A DNA stretch of 63,184 nucleotides, filler included, from Octopus bimaculoides (lineage: Eukaryota), in NCBI RefSeq assembly GCF_001194135.2. It is 5 parts of 4 records of this genome, joined end to end, with 100 filler letters (N's around TTAATTAATTAA, not from the genome) between each part and the next. Parts side by side here need not be neighbours in the genome. Positions count along the whole stretch, not along the records: positions 15,320 to 44,812 come from NC_068985.1; positions 44,913 to 55,242 come from NC_068989.1; 3 more parts are not named here. The stretch is one strand, 5' to 3'. Made by a program: the position numbers and the translations under genes. Below are positions 41,781 to 53,763 of the stretch, in pieces. The notes under the pieces were generated by a model. It was not told the origin of the DNA and searched no databases. It saw only the letters and a list, made by a program, of their open reading frames with translations. Each line of letters begins with the position of its first letter. Position 1 is the stretch's first letter.

Positions 41781-44774
41781 TGTGTATGTGTGTGCTTGAT
41801 GGATTTGAACGCTCTTTAAACGAAAGGTTATATATGATCTTTACTGAACACAGAAATTATCATTATACATCATGTAACTTGCTAATGGGTTTATTTTTAT
41901 AACATACACCAAATGACAAGGCAATAACAATTTTCAAATTGCAAGGCTTCACTACCTTATAATGCATTGGTATATAAATATCTGCATCCAAATTTCGATA
42001 TGTAGATATCGCTTAAAATTCTCTGCTTCATTTGTTATGATCGCTAATCACTTTCATGTTATATCAGAATTTTCTCTATGCAAAATTCTGTATATAAGTT
42101 GCCTTCATTATATATGTTGCCTTCACTGGATTTTCAATTGTGATGTAATATCTAGGATATGCATAAATTATTTATATAAGATGTTGCTATCTGTATTTAT
42201 TTACTTCGTCGTTTATTTATTTATTTTCTATTTATATCTTTATTTATGAACAATGACCTGACTGGTTACAGGTTTCTAAGTAGCGAGCTATTATCTCCTT
42301 CCCTTTCTGATAGCTAGATACAGAAACTAGGTTTTATAACCCGATGCAGAATAGACATAGGAAACACTACCTGCTTGTAACCCTCTCGCCCTTCTGTTTC
42401 TAGCCGAATTTTAAATCCTTTAGCTATAGTTAGCGGCAAGTGATGCAAACACCTGCTCACACATACACACGCACACACACAGGCACACAAACATATATAA
42501 ACATGTATTTGTACATAAAAATATATATACTCATTCATACATGCATACAAACACACATACATATATATAGGAACTCATCAATTATTAACATTAGCAATCT
42601 TCTTAACCACATATCCTTGCCTAAGTCTCTCTTTCATAAGCAGAAACAAAGAGTTTTAATTCAATGTGTTGTGGACTATCACATGGTTTCTTCTTTGGTT
42701 GCATTAGACAAAGAACATAGAGTTTAATATACGAATAATATGTAATCATTATTGACAAAAATATAATTTTCGAAGATGGAAGGAAATTCCATTCAAAATC
42801 GGATTATAATGTCTTTTCATATAACCTTAGAGCCTCTAAGGCAACAGTGTCTCATGAGTGTTCTGTTTAAGTAATGCATCAAATAATATATACTTCCTAA
42901 CCAAGAATGATCATGAAATTCTGTGTATTTTGTAGGCTCGGTATGTTAGACTTAGGAAATAGATTATCTTAATCAGATATTTAAATAACCTAAATGTCGT
43001 GAGAGATATACATATTTCAAATGTATTATATGATATTGATAACTTACAAGTGGATAATTCATGTTGCCATATAATTTCGAGTGTGCTTTAAAATCTCAAT
43101 ATCACGTTCGCCTTGTAAAATTTACATTCCCAAAACAATTAGTATTTCGTAAACATGCGACTTTGTAAAAGATGTAGGTAGTCATGTGTTGATAATAACA
43201 GTTCTTTTCGTCGATATGGTGTAAAACTAATTTTGTGTTACTGCCAGCAGCAGTTCAAAAATGTCATAATTGTGGGAAACGTTTTATCCATTTACAAAAA
43301 TTGATTTTTTTCCTGAAGGAAATTCAAGAAATACCAACGAGCTCTACTAACTCAACAAATTCGAAAACAATTAATATTGGTTGAGCATCCATTTTACGCT
43401 GCTAGCGAATAAATTCTAATCGATCCATGTATTACTCCTGAGGGCAGAAAACAAAGAGGCGGAAGCCTGAGAAAATTCGAATATCTAAGAGTAACTCATG
43501 CATAATCTTCAACTTTGAAACCTATAAATCCATTTATATATAGATAGAGCACAGACATTGTTACACTAAAGTTTAGTAACCAAATGTCAGACAATGAGCG
43601 TGAGCAGTTCAGTTTCCACAGAAAGAACAAAACTCACTGACTCGTATACATTGAATTACATGCTGTATTTGTCTGTTTTCACGGGGAATAACTACTTCGC
43701 TCATGATACCTACGGAAACCTGCCAAAGATAGCTAAACAAAATAGAAGCATGTATATTCATTCGTGCAAAAACCTAAGAATTTACGTATACATCACTGAA
43801 GATAAACACATCTACACAAACTTTAGCTGGAAGAAATGCAGAACGTAAATAAATATATGACACCAAAGTTGCAAATTCTGTCATAGTGCAATCATTGAGA
43901 CAGCTATTACGATGAAATATTAAATTCTTATACAAGGGAAAGAAATATCCAAAGATAATACGTCTTTAAATAAATCTAACCAAGTATTTAATATATTTGT
44001 TTATCAGAAAAATGCTTCAATACTAAAAAGTAACGACTGCGTTAAGTTCTTAGTTGTACCCACAAAATAACATAAGATTAAAAGTAGCGGAAAAGTGTGA
44101 AATAAAATGCATTCAGTGTTGAATTTAAGTTATTTTTCTACAAATTTTCATGAAGCTTATCATATAAATTGTCTCCTCCACCAAACACCAAATATATAAA
44201 CTAAATCCTCAAACTAATATAAGTCAGATACTTGCTTATTAATATAGTAATATTACAGATTCTTCTCTGAAGACTTATTAATATATTAATATCACAGACT
44301 CGTCTCTCAAGACTTGACAATTATATAATACAAGCTGACTCTGTGCCGTTAAAAATGACAGCTAATTGTAGTATTTTTATACAAATAAGGTATAAAATAT
44401 GGGTCATAATAATCACAGATACAAACTTTCACGTACTTCCCTTGTACATGCACACACTTACACACATATATTCAAAGAGAGTTGAAATGCTGTTTGATTT
44501 TTCTTTTCATCGTTGAACATTCATCATCCCATTTCCAGTGTACACACACTCACACATACAGAATACACACACACACACACATTCACATACCTCCTTTTTA
44601 CATAAATACATATACTCACACAGAATTGAAACGCTGATTTTTTTCACCCCTTCCTTAGTGATTCATCTATCACCCCTTCCTTTCTCATTTATATGTTGCG
44701 ACGGAAAAAATAGAAAACACACGACCCGCTCTTTGCCACTTCCTTTCTTTCATTGCTATTACTTTTTCTCTCTA

Positions 44775-44812
<38 letters not shown>

Positions 44813-44945
44813 NNNNNNNNNNNNNNNNNNNNNNNNNNNNNNNNNNNNNNNNNNNNTTAATTAATTAANNNNNNNNNNNNNNNNNNNNNNNNNNNNNNNN
44901 NNNNNNNNNNNNTGTATATACATATGTACGTGTGTGTGTGTGTGT

Positions 44946-44986
<41 letters not shown>

Positions 44987-45140
44987 TTCAGTCTCAATGC
45001 ATAGCACCTTGGGCAAATTGGGCCGACCAAAGCCTTGGTAGACGGAAACTGAAAGAAGCTCGTCGTATATATGTATATATGTATGTGCGCTTGTATATCT
45101 GCGTGTCTGTGTTTGTCCCCCAGTGTGTGTTTGTCCCCTA
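44987..45140 (+). mobile_element. SINE family A internal fragment
   Basis: GCACCTTGGGCAA...GGGCCGACCAAAGCCTTGGTAGACGGAAACTGAAAGAAGC, with an internal deletion. Confidence 0.75.
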
Positions 45141-46079
45141 TTCGCTGAGTATGTCACGGATGTGTGACGAAAGGTTTACGGAGAATAGACATGAGTTAAG
45201 ATAACAAAATAAGAACAGTAGTAAACGAGTGAAGAAAATATATATATATATAGTGCGTGTGGTTATCTGGCAAAAAAAAAAAAAAAATTACTGTCCCGAA
45301 ACACAAAAATATCAACACAGAAAATTTTCAACACACGATTTCACATCGGGAATCTTGCAACACAAATTGATAANNNNNNNNNNNNNNNNNNNNNNNNNNN
45401 NNNNNNNNNNNNNNNNNNNNNNNNNNNNNNNNNNNNNNNNNNNNNNNNNNNNNNNNNNNNNNNNNNNNNNNNNNNNNNNNNNNNNNNNNNNNNNNNNNNN
45501 NNNNNNNNNNNNNNNNNNNNNNNNNNNNNNNNNNNNNNNNNNNNNNNNNNNNNNNNNNNNNNNNNNNNNNNNNNNNNNNNNNNNNNNNNNNNNNNNNNNN
45601 NNNNNNNNNNNNNNNNNNNNNNNNNNNNNNNNNNNNNNNNNNNNNNNNNNNNNNNNNNNNNNNNNNNNNNNNNNNNNNNNNNNNNNNNNNNNNNNNNNNN
45701 NNNNNNNNNNNNNNNNNNNNNNNNNNNNNNNNNNNNNNNNNNNNNNNNNNNNNNNNNNNNNNNNNNNNNNNNNNNNNNNNNNNNNNNNNNNNNNNNNNNN
45801 NNNNNNNNNNNNNNNNNNNNNNNNNNNNNNNNNNNNNNNNNNNNNNNNNNNNNNNNNNNNNNNNNNNNNNNNNNNNNNNNNNNNNNNNNNNNNNNNNNNN
45901 NNNNNNNNNNNNNNNNNNNNNNNNNNNNNNNNNNNNNNNNNNNNNNNNNNNNNNNNNNNNNNNNNNNNNNNNNNNNNNNNNNNNNNNNNNNNNNNNNNNN
46001 NNNNNNNNNNNNNNNNNNNNNNNNNNNNNNNNNNNNNNNNNNNNNNNNNNNNNNNNNTATATATATATATATATATATA

Positions 46080-47356
46080 TCAGGTCATCCCATAAGTTCT
46101 GTCAGAATTTTGAATAAAGAAAACAAATGACTCAAATGTGATATTTAATTGAAATTTAATCATCAATGTACTTTCCCTGATTATCTATGACTTCCTTCCA
46201 TCTATTTACAAGCTTTTTAATCCCATAAATGTAAAACTCTTTTGGTTTCAAAGCGAAGAACTCTGAAATGTCAGTTTCGACTTCCTACTGGCTTGCGAAA
46301 GTTATGTCCCCCAAATGATTCTGTAAACTACAAAACAAATGGTAGTCTGAAGGAGCAAGGTCGGAAGAATAAGATGGATGAGGAATTTTTTTGCCAACCA
46401 AGCTCTTAGATCTTCTGTAATGTGATCTTTGCAGTGTGGAGTCATGCATTGTCCTGATGAAACATCAGTCCTTTTCGATTCACTAAAGCGGGTCTTTTTC
46501 TCCTCAAAGCTTAGTTCAAACGCTCTAAACGCTCTAATTGCTGACAGTAGACTTGAGCATTGATTGTTGCATTAGGTGGTAGCAATTCAAAGTGAATTAC
46601 TCCTTTGCAATCCCACCAGATAGAAGTTCCCATTTCGGTTGTGTTTGAGCTTTTTCTCTTTTACCAAGCCACTGTTTACGACGTTTAACATTTCAGTAGA
46701 ATATCCATTTTTCGTCACCAGTCACAAGTCTATCCAAAAAGAGTGAAATGTGTTCGGGAGAATGGAGAGAAGAGCAGATGTCAACTCGGGATTTGCGGTT
46801 GCTTTGGACAATTCATGAGGCACCCATTTTCCAAGTTTAGAAACCTTTCCAAGTTGTTGAAGATGACAATGAACAGTTGTATGGTTTGAAATAAGCTGTA
46901 TTGCCAATTCTTCAACTGATAATGCAGGATTTTCTTCAAGTAATGCCTCAAGGAGCTTATCATCAAACGCAACTGGACGTCCTGTTCGATCTTCATCTTC
47001 AAGGCTGAAATCTCCACTTCTGAATTTTGCAAACCAACATTTGTAAGTTCTTTCATGCAAGCATTCTTTCCCATAAGCTGAGTGTATGTTTCGAGTCGCT
47101 TCTGCTACAGAGTTTCCTTTCTTTTTACTCATAAAGTATTATGTGCCTCAAATGCTCTTTGGATACTTCCATGTTAGAAAGAGTTTTAATCAAAGAAATT
47201 TTAATTCTATTATTCTGTAAAATAATATTTAATTAGTTTAAATGTACACAAATGCGTAAAAATAATTGTTAATTCCATTAGACATTCTAAAATACTATTA
47301 AATTTCATTCAATTTTAAAAAAGGGAAAATCGGACAGAACTTATAGGATGACCTGA
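46080..47356 (-). mobile_element. Full-length mariner (DD34D-type) transposon, inactivated transposase
   Basis: TIRs TCAGGTCATCC(C/T)ATAAGTTCTGTC at both ends, TA at 46078-79 and 47357-58. Minus-strand peptides ...RTYKCWFAKFRSGDFSLEDEDRTGRP...KLGKWVPHEL and VTGDEKW, with stops and frameshifts. Confidence 0.93.
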
Positions 47357-47361
47357 TATAT

Positions 47362-47570
47362 ATACAGGGTTGACCAAAAGTCACCCCACAGTAAATCAAA
47401 ATTCCATAAATACTATCTATAATTCTGTACTGGCTCGAATGCAAAAATGTATCACTCAAGAAGAACTTCAATTTGAGCAATTTTCATGACGTTTTATATT
47501 CAGATGCTTTTATTAAATTCATTCAGTTGTTAAACATAAATAAATCTTGGAATCAAATGGTTTTGATTTA
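47362..47570. mobile_element. Terminal fragment of another Tc1/mariner-like element
   Basis: TATA-CAGGGTTGACCAAAAGTCACC begins immediately after the TA flank of the 46080-47356 mariner. Recognised by TIR style only. Confidence 0.4.
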
Positions 47571-47599
47571 GATGACTGACTCTCGCTTCGAAGACGACG

Positions 47600-47872
47600 T
47601 ATCAGCGTCCAGCTTTTGCCAAACGATCTGCCCAAATGATTCGTTTATTGTGATCAAATGTTTGTGCCACACATTAGCTTGCTCTGTCTCCATCAAATCG
47701 ACATTGTCTGAGCAGGTGCACGGCGTGCCACGCATCAGATGTCGAAGTGATCGAAAAGCAACGTCGGATGAAATATGTTGCTCAAGAACTCGACGCACCC
47801 CTCGGTCTAGGAATTGAAACCACGATCTCGCGATCATGAGTGCAACTTCCTAGCGACTAGGCCATGTGCCAT
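47600..47872 (-). mobile_element. SINE family C-like copy, diverged
   Basis: TGCTCAAGAAC...GGAATTGAAACCACGATCTCGCGATCATGAGTGC...CCACTAGGCC-type head in reverse. Confidence 0.7.
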
Positions 47873-47899
47873 CACTATATATACATATACATACATCTA

Positions 47900-47973
<74 letters not shown>

Positions 47974-48789
47974 GATACATATCTATCTAACTATGTAAAT
48001 ATACATATATAATCTGTGCATATGTATTTATGTAGGGGGCGTTGTGTTTGTGTGTGGGGTGGGTGACCTACCTATAATTAATTACGTCTATTTTCACATA
48101 GAGCTTATGCGAATGCATGTGTGTGCATGTATGTGTGTGTGTATGTACGTTTGTGCGCACCGACACAACCACACGCACCCTCCACACATACACAGACAAA
48201 GAAACAAAAAAAAATACAAACTGAATACAAATGACTGGCGCTGTCAAACAATATAGTCTCTGTAGAGGTAAACTCGAGAGATTTCTTTTCATAGCATGTC
48301 TGAGCCAAAAAGTTACTAGCATTTGTGTCGACAGAACATGACAAATGCCACTTCAACCCTTCGAACCGACCCTTCGCTAAAACCCCGCTACTCTATCGCT
48401 AACCTTTAATTGCTATATCATAATTCACCTTTACCAACAATGTTACCATCAACAACAACAACATCAACAGCATAAAAATAGTACTGCTGTTGCTATGAGA
48501 CAATGCAGATGCCTCTATGTAGTCAGTGTATATTGCTAGAAATAGTAATCAATTCACCCTCAATTCAAACATCTTCATATTATAAACTCTGTGTGAGAAC
48601 AAAAGATGAGACAGTCACGACTGGAGCAATGGTAAACAAAAGTTAGCCTATGACTAAAGAATTACAAGCGGTAACAAGAGCTAAAGCAGTGGTATAGTCT
48701 GCTTGAAATATCAGTCAAATCTCTCTAGAGTTCGTACACTTTTCGAAAAAATGAAGGATAAATTGGATAATATAGTTTTATATAATTGG

Positions 48790-49095
48790 CTCTCTGTCGG
48801 TTGCGACGACGAGGGTTCCAGATGATCCAATCAACGGAACAACCTGCTCATGAAATTAACGTGCAAGTGGTCGAGTACTCCACAAATATGTGTACCCTTA
48901 ACGTGGTTCTAAGAGAGATTCAGTGTAACAAGGCTGGCCCTTTGAAATACAGGTACTACTCATTTTTGCCAGCTGAGTAGACTGGAGCAACGTGAAATAA
49001 AGTGTCTTGCTCAAGGACACAACGTGTGGCCGGGAATTGAACTGATGATCTTGTAACTTTGAGCCGCATACCTTAACTACTAAGCCACGCGCCTT
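48790..49095 (-). mobile_element. SINE family C-like copy
   Basis: Reverse complement of the same head and core (TACTCATTTTTGCCAGCTGAGTAGACTGGAGCAACGTGAAATAAAGTGTCTTGCTCAAGGACACAAC). Confidence 0.82.
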
Positions 49096-49139
49096 CACGT
49101 AGTCTTATATATTTACGCTAATATCGAACAGAAAGAATG

Positions 49140-50235
49140 AGTGGTCAACACTGCGTTGGTTGTACTGACTTGGGGTCACTACTGTTCATAGTGGCCCTCA
49201 ACTGCTCAGGTAACCACCCTTGCTTAGCTATGCAGATGATACAAAAGTCTCTCAGAAGCTACAGAACCCTGAATATATTCTTTTCTAGTCTAGGCACAAG
49301 GCCCGAAATTTTGGGGGAGGAGGCCAATCGATTAGATCGACCCCAGTACGCAGCTGGTACTTAATTTATCGATCCCGAAAGGATGAAAGGCAAGTCGATC
49401 TCGGCGGAATTTGAGAACCCTGAATATATTGAGCGCATGCAACAGGAGCTGGGCACAGTATACAGTTGGGCTGAGGAAAATAACATGCAGTTTAATGCTG
49501 GAGAATTTCGAGCCCTGCATTACTAGGTTATGAAGTTGATTGAAATGCAGACAGGATACACTGGCCCAGGAGGAATTGAAATCCCTGAATCAAAATCAGC
49601 GCGCGACCTAGGCATTAATATGAGTAATGATGCATCTTAGACTATTGCTCCCAACTACAGTCACCTCACAGTGTAAAATTAACGGCGAAACTCGAACCAA
49701 GCCTGCAAAGCTACACAAAGATTATCCCAATGTGACATGCCAGCAACTGGGTAAGTGCTGAGAAAGTTAAGACTCTACTCCCTAAAACGAAGGTGGGAAA
49801 TATATACAACGAAATGCATCTGGAAGAGCCAGGAAAGACTTGTGCCAAACTTTAACATTGAAAGTTACACAAACAGCAAAACTGGACATCACTTCATAGT
49901 GCCAAAGATCCTGACATCGCCATCAAGACACAGAACAGGATACTGTAATAGTTTTGATTTTAAGGACCCCCAGCTCTTCAATATCCTCCCCCAAAAGCCT
50001 GAGAGACTTATAAGGGGTAGCTATAGGTGTATCCAACTAAAAAACTGGATCCCCTCCTGTCAAGACTTCTGGATGAATCTACATCACGGTAGGAATCACA
50101 GATGCGAGCAGTAGTATTAAACTCCCTCATTCCCCAAATTCCACATATCAGAGGAAGTTTCAGGTTTCAAGTAATGAAGATGTAGCTAAGCTAATGGTGG
50201 GGCGCCAGCTCTCGAGCTGAAACTAGTTAAAGAGT
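49140..50235 (+). mobile_element. CR1/L2-type LINE 3' fragment interrupted by a SINE
   Basis: LGSLLFIVALN motif, YADD at 49229-49240, WAEENNMQFN, RDLGI and LRLYSLKRRWE. Several frameshifts. Confidence 0.8.
49280..49413 (-). mobile_element. 5'-truncated SINE family B copy with 17-bp target-site duplication
   Basis: AGAACCCTGAATATATT at 49263-49279 and 49414-49430. Confidence 0.88.
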
Positions 50236-50239
50236 TATA

Positions 50240-50483
50240 TAGTGGCCCTCAGCTGCTCAGGTAGCAACCATTGCTTAGCTATACAGATGACACAAAAGTT
50301 TCTCAGAGAATACAGAAACCTGGAGATATTGCGCACCTGCAACAGGAGTTGGGCACAATATACAGGTGGGCTGAGGTAAAATAACATGCAATTTAATGAA
50401 AATTTCGTGCCCTGCATTACCAGCTCATGAAGTTGATTGAAATGCAGTCGGAATACACTGGCGCAGAAGGGGGTTGAAATCCC
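50240..50483 (+). mobile_element. Second CR1/L2-type RT fragment in tandem
   Basis: Diverged repeat of 49189-49585 minus the SINE, with YTDD at 50280-50291. Cut off by the SINE starting near 50484. Confidence 0.75.
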
Positions 50484-50636
50484 TGGCTGTGTGGTAAGAA
50501 GCTTGCTTCCCAACCACATGGTTCTGAGTTCAGTCTCACTGCGTGGCACCTTCGGCAACTGTCTTTTATTATAGCTTCGGGTCGACCAAAGCTTTGTGAG
50601 TGGATTTGGTAGACGGAAACTGAAAGAAGCCTGTTG

Positions 50637-50672
<36 letters not shown>

Positions 50673-50920
50673 TTGTGTGTGTATGTGTGTGTGTGTGTGT
50701 ACGTGTCTGCTTGCCACCCACCATCACTTGACAACCGATGTTGGTATGTTTACGTCCCTGTAACTTAGCATTTCGGAAAAAGAGACCGATAGAATAAGCA
50801 CTGGGCTTACAAAGAATTCAGTTCCGGGGTCGATTTCTTCGACTGGTAACCCTTTAAGGCGGTACTTCAGCATGGCCGCAGTCAAATGACTGAAATAAAT
50901 AAAATAACATTAGAATAAAA
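50484..50920 (+). mobile_element. SINE family A copy
   Basis: Collinear with 53396-53763. Ends ...CATGGCCGCAGTCAAATGACTGAAA plus A-rich tail. Confidence 0.88.
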
Positions 50921-51533
50921 GAATATATATAAAAACACATGCGAATAATGGAACACTAAGTAGCGATTGAGCGAAACGCCAGCCGTGTATAAATATTTAA
51001 GCTCTCCAGTATGTATCGAGTACTTTTCATTTCGTTTGTAAAATAAACGTTCATATCTATTATATGTGCGCGGCGTTGGGTGTATGTATGTTTGCATTTA
51101 TGTATATATCTGTGTGTGAGTGTGTGTGTGTGTGTGTAAGTATGTGTGCATGTTGATATAATGCCGTCTAATCTCCATGATATCTTTTTTTTTGTATTTC
51201 TCCTGTTTTTCTTGTTTTCTTTCGTTGTTGTTTATCTCCATGTTTTCAAAGAAAACTTGTTGTCAATTCGGTTACATCTGTCGTGTACCGTAGACACTTT
51301 ATAAAATATTCATAGAATATATATTTCCTTTTGTTCTCTAAAATGTTTTTTTGCATGNNNNNNNNNNNNNNNNNNNNNNNNNNNNNNNNNNNNNNNNNNN
51401 NNNNNNNNNNNNNNNNNNNNNNNNNNNNNNNNNNNNNNNNNNNNNNNNNNNNNNNNNNNNNNNNNNNNNNNNNNNNNNNNNNNNNNNNNNNNNNNNNNNN
51501 NNNNNNNNNNNNNNNNNNNNNNNNNNNNNNNAT

Positions 51534-52524
51534 AGGACATCACCAACGAGCGAAAAACACGTAAATACACGAGAGATAAGTACAGGACAAAATGCCGAAA
51601 GAAGTCTAACTCTTCTTCAGTTATCGACTGTTTATTAATCCCTATTTCGAGCTTTTAACGTCAAGACAGGAAAACTTCATAAGACAGCGGCATCCAGAAA
51701 TTTTTTAGATATGAAATTTGTGGAGAGTTAGGGCTTCGAACGAACAAACAGTAAGAGAGTAGACGTAGAGAGTAACCAATCGACGAAGACAAACATTAAG
51801 GGCCGTTAGGCTAAGACGCATTGTAATGGGTAACGCCTGGGAGAAATTTTGAAAAGGTATAGAATAAGTAGACGAGAAAAAATGTCGGGGAGGCGAGAAA
51901 AATGACGTCCAGCTAAGAGAAGGCCAAGTCCAAAAAGAACAGAGGTGAGAGAAATGCCTGTAGTCACGTGTGAGCAAACAGGTAGAGGGAAGAGGGACAA
52001 GAGAGAGGATGAGAAAAAGAAACAAAGGGAGTGAGGAGAAGGGAGAAGGAACGAAAGATAGCTGGGAGTGGAAGAAAGACAGGGGACAGCAAAGAACGAG
52101 GGAGAGAAACGGAAAATAAAGAGGATTGTAGAGGGATAGAGAGAAAGAAAGAAAACAGTGTGGAGTCGCAGAAATTATGAATAAATAAGAACTTACTGTG
52201 GTCAAGACTACGTGGCGTTCGATCATAAATAAATTTAAAAAGTACAGATTAAGTACAGGACGAAGGCCCTTAATGTTTGTCTTCGTCGATTGGTTACTCT
52301 CTACGTCCACTCTGTTACTGTTTGTTCGTTCGAAGCCCTAACTATCCACAAATTTTATATTTAAAAAATTTTTGGATGCTGCTGTCTTATGAAGTTTTCC
52401 TGTCTTGTCGTTCAAATCTCGAAATAGGGAGTAAATAAACAGGAGTTACACTTCTTTCGGTATTTTGTCCGGTACTTGTTTCTCGTTATGTGTTTACGTA
52501 TTTTCCTCTCGAGGTTGATGTCCT
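51534..52524. repeat. Long inverted-repeat element 2 (arms of about 265 bp, purine-rich spacer of about 460 bp)
   Basis: 51534-51804 is the reverse complement of 52265-52524. The inner parts of the arms are highly similar. Confidence 0.9.
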
Positions 52525-52634
52525 TTGTGTAATTTTTGGTATTGAATTACCTCTCGTGTATTTAGGTGTTTTTTTGCTCGTCGTGTGAAGTCCTGCACTT
52601 AATGTATATTTTTTTTAATTTTAAAGTTCTTATA

Positions 52635-52679
<45 letters not shown>

Positions 52680-52695
52680 TGCATATATATATATA

Positions 52696-52741
<46 letters not shown>

Positions 52742-53104
52742 AATATATATGTACATATATATATATAACTGGATGTGTATGCATATATATATTTATATGT
52801 ATGTTTGTATGTATGTAGATGCATATTTGTATGTTTATATACGTACGTATGCATTGTGAAGTTACCGTTCATTTCCTGCACATTGTTTCCACATTATATG
52901 TCTGTGTGTGTGCGCGCGTGCACTTGTTGTAAAAGAAATTATTGTGAAAGTGAAGCCACCATCAAAATAAGTTTTATATTTATTTAGCTAAAAAGTTCAA
53001 GGAAAAACACTTTGGTTGTTTCCTCAAATTTCATTATTGACAATGCCGCTGTATAAACTGCGATACTCGTGCAGCTGGTCGAGCTTGCTTGGACAATTTT
53101 AACA

Positions 53105-53385
53105 CGTACACGACCGCCATCGTTCTCGGTCCTGTATTAGTTGCGAGAGATCTCCTATGAGACATCTAGCTTCTCAGATGAGTTGGTCTATATACGTTGT
53201 ATTCAGACCATCAGCTCGCGTGCTGCCGCGCTTTGGCATCGATAGTAGGAGGTCACTTGTCAGCTCTTGTTCAACTCCCCGGCAATGTTCCGCAAAGCGC
53301 AAGCGCCTTTCCTTTATAATGTTGGAGAAACAGGGCGATCTGCTTGTACAAACAGGCAAAGCTCCCTGGCTTTTTACAAAATGAA
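53105..53385 (-). mobile_element. RTE-type LINE 3' fragment
   Basis: IIKERRLRFAEHCRG...SDLLLSMPKRG...TYIDQL...QDRERWR matches the RRLRxxGH...DRxxWR C-terminal signature. Confidence 0.75.
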
Positions 53386-53395
53386 AGATGACCGT

Positions 53396-53763
53396 GGCGC
53401 AGGAGTGGCTGTGTGGTAAGTAGCTTGATTACCAACCACATGGTTCAGGGTTCATTCCAACTTCGTGGCACCTTAGGCAAGTGTCTTCTACTATAGACTC
53501 GGGCCGACCAAAGCCTTGTGAGTGGATTTGGTAGACAGAAACTGAAAGAAGCACGTCGTATATATGTGTACATATATATATATATATATGTATGTGTGTG
53601 TATATGTTTGTGTGTCTGGGTTTGTCTTCCCACCATCGCTTGACAACCGATGATGGTGTGTTTACGTCCCCGTAACTTAGCGGTTCGGCAAAAGTGAACG
53701 ATAGAATAAGTACTAGGCTTACAAAGAATAAGTCCTGGGGTCGATTTGCTCGACTAAAGGCGG
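53396..53763 (+). mobile_element. SINE family A (tRNA-derived head, internal (TA)n(TG)n), well-preserved copy cut by gap
   Basis: GGCGCAGGAGTGGCTGTGTGGTAAG head (A box), GGTTCATTCC (B-box-like), then CCTTAGGCAAGTGTCTTCTACTATAG core and shared 3' body. Confidence 0.9.

Noticed and set aside
51705-52310. 201-aa hydrophobic ORF on the minus strand
   Set aside because: It is the pyrimidine-rich strand of the inverted-repeat element's spacer: low complexity, no domain motif.
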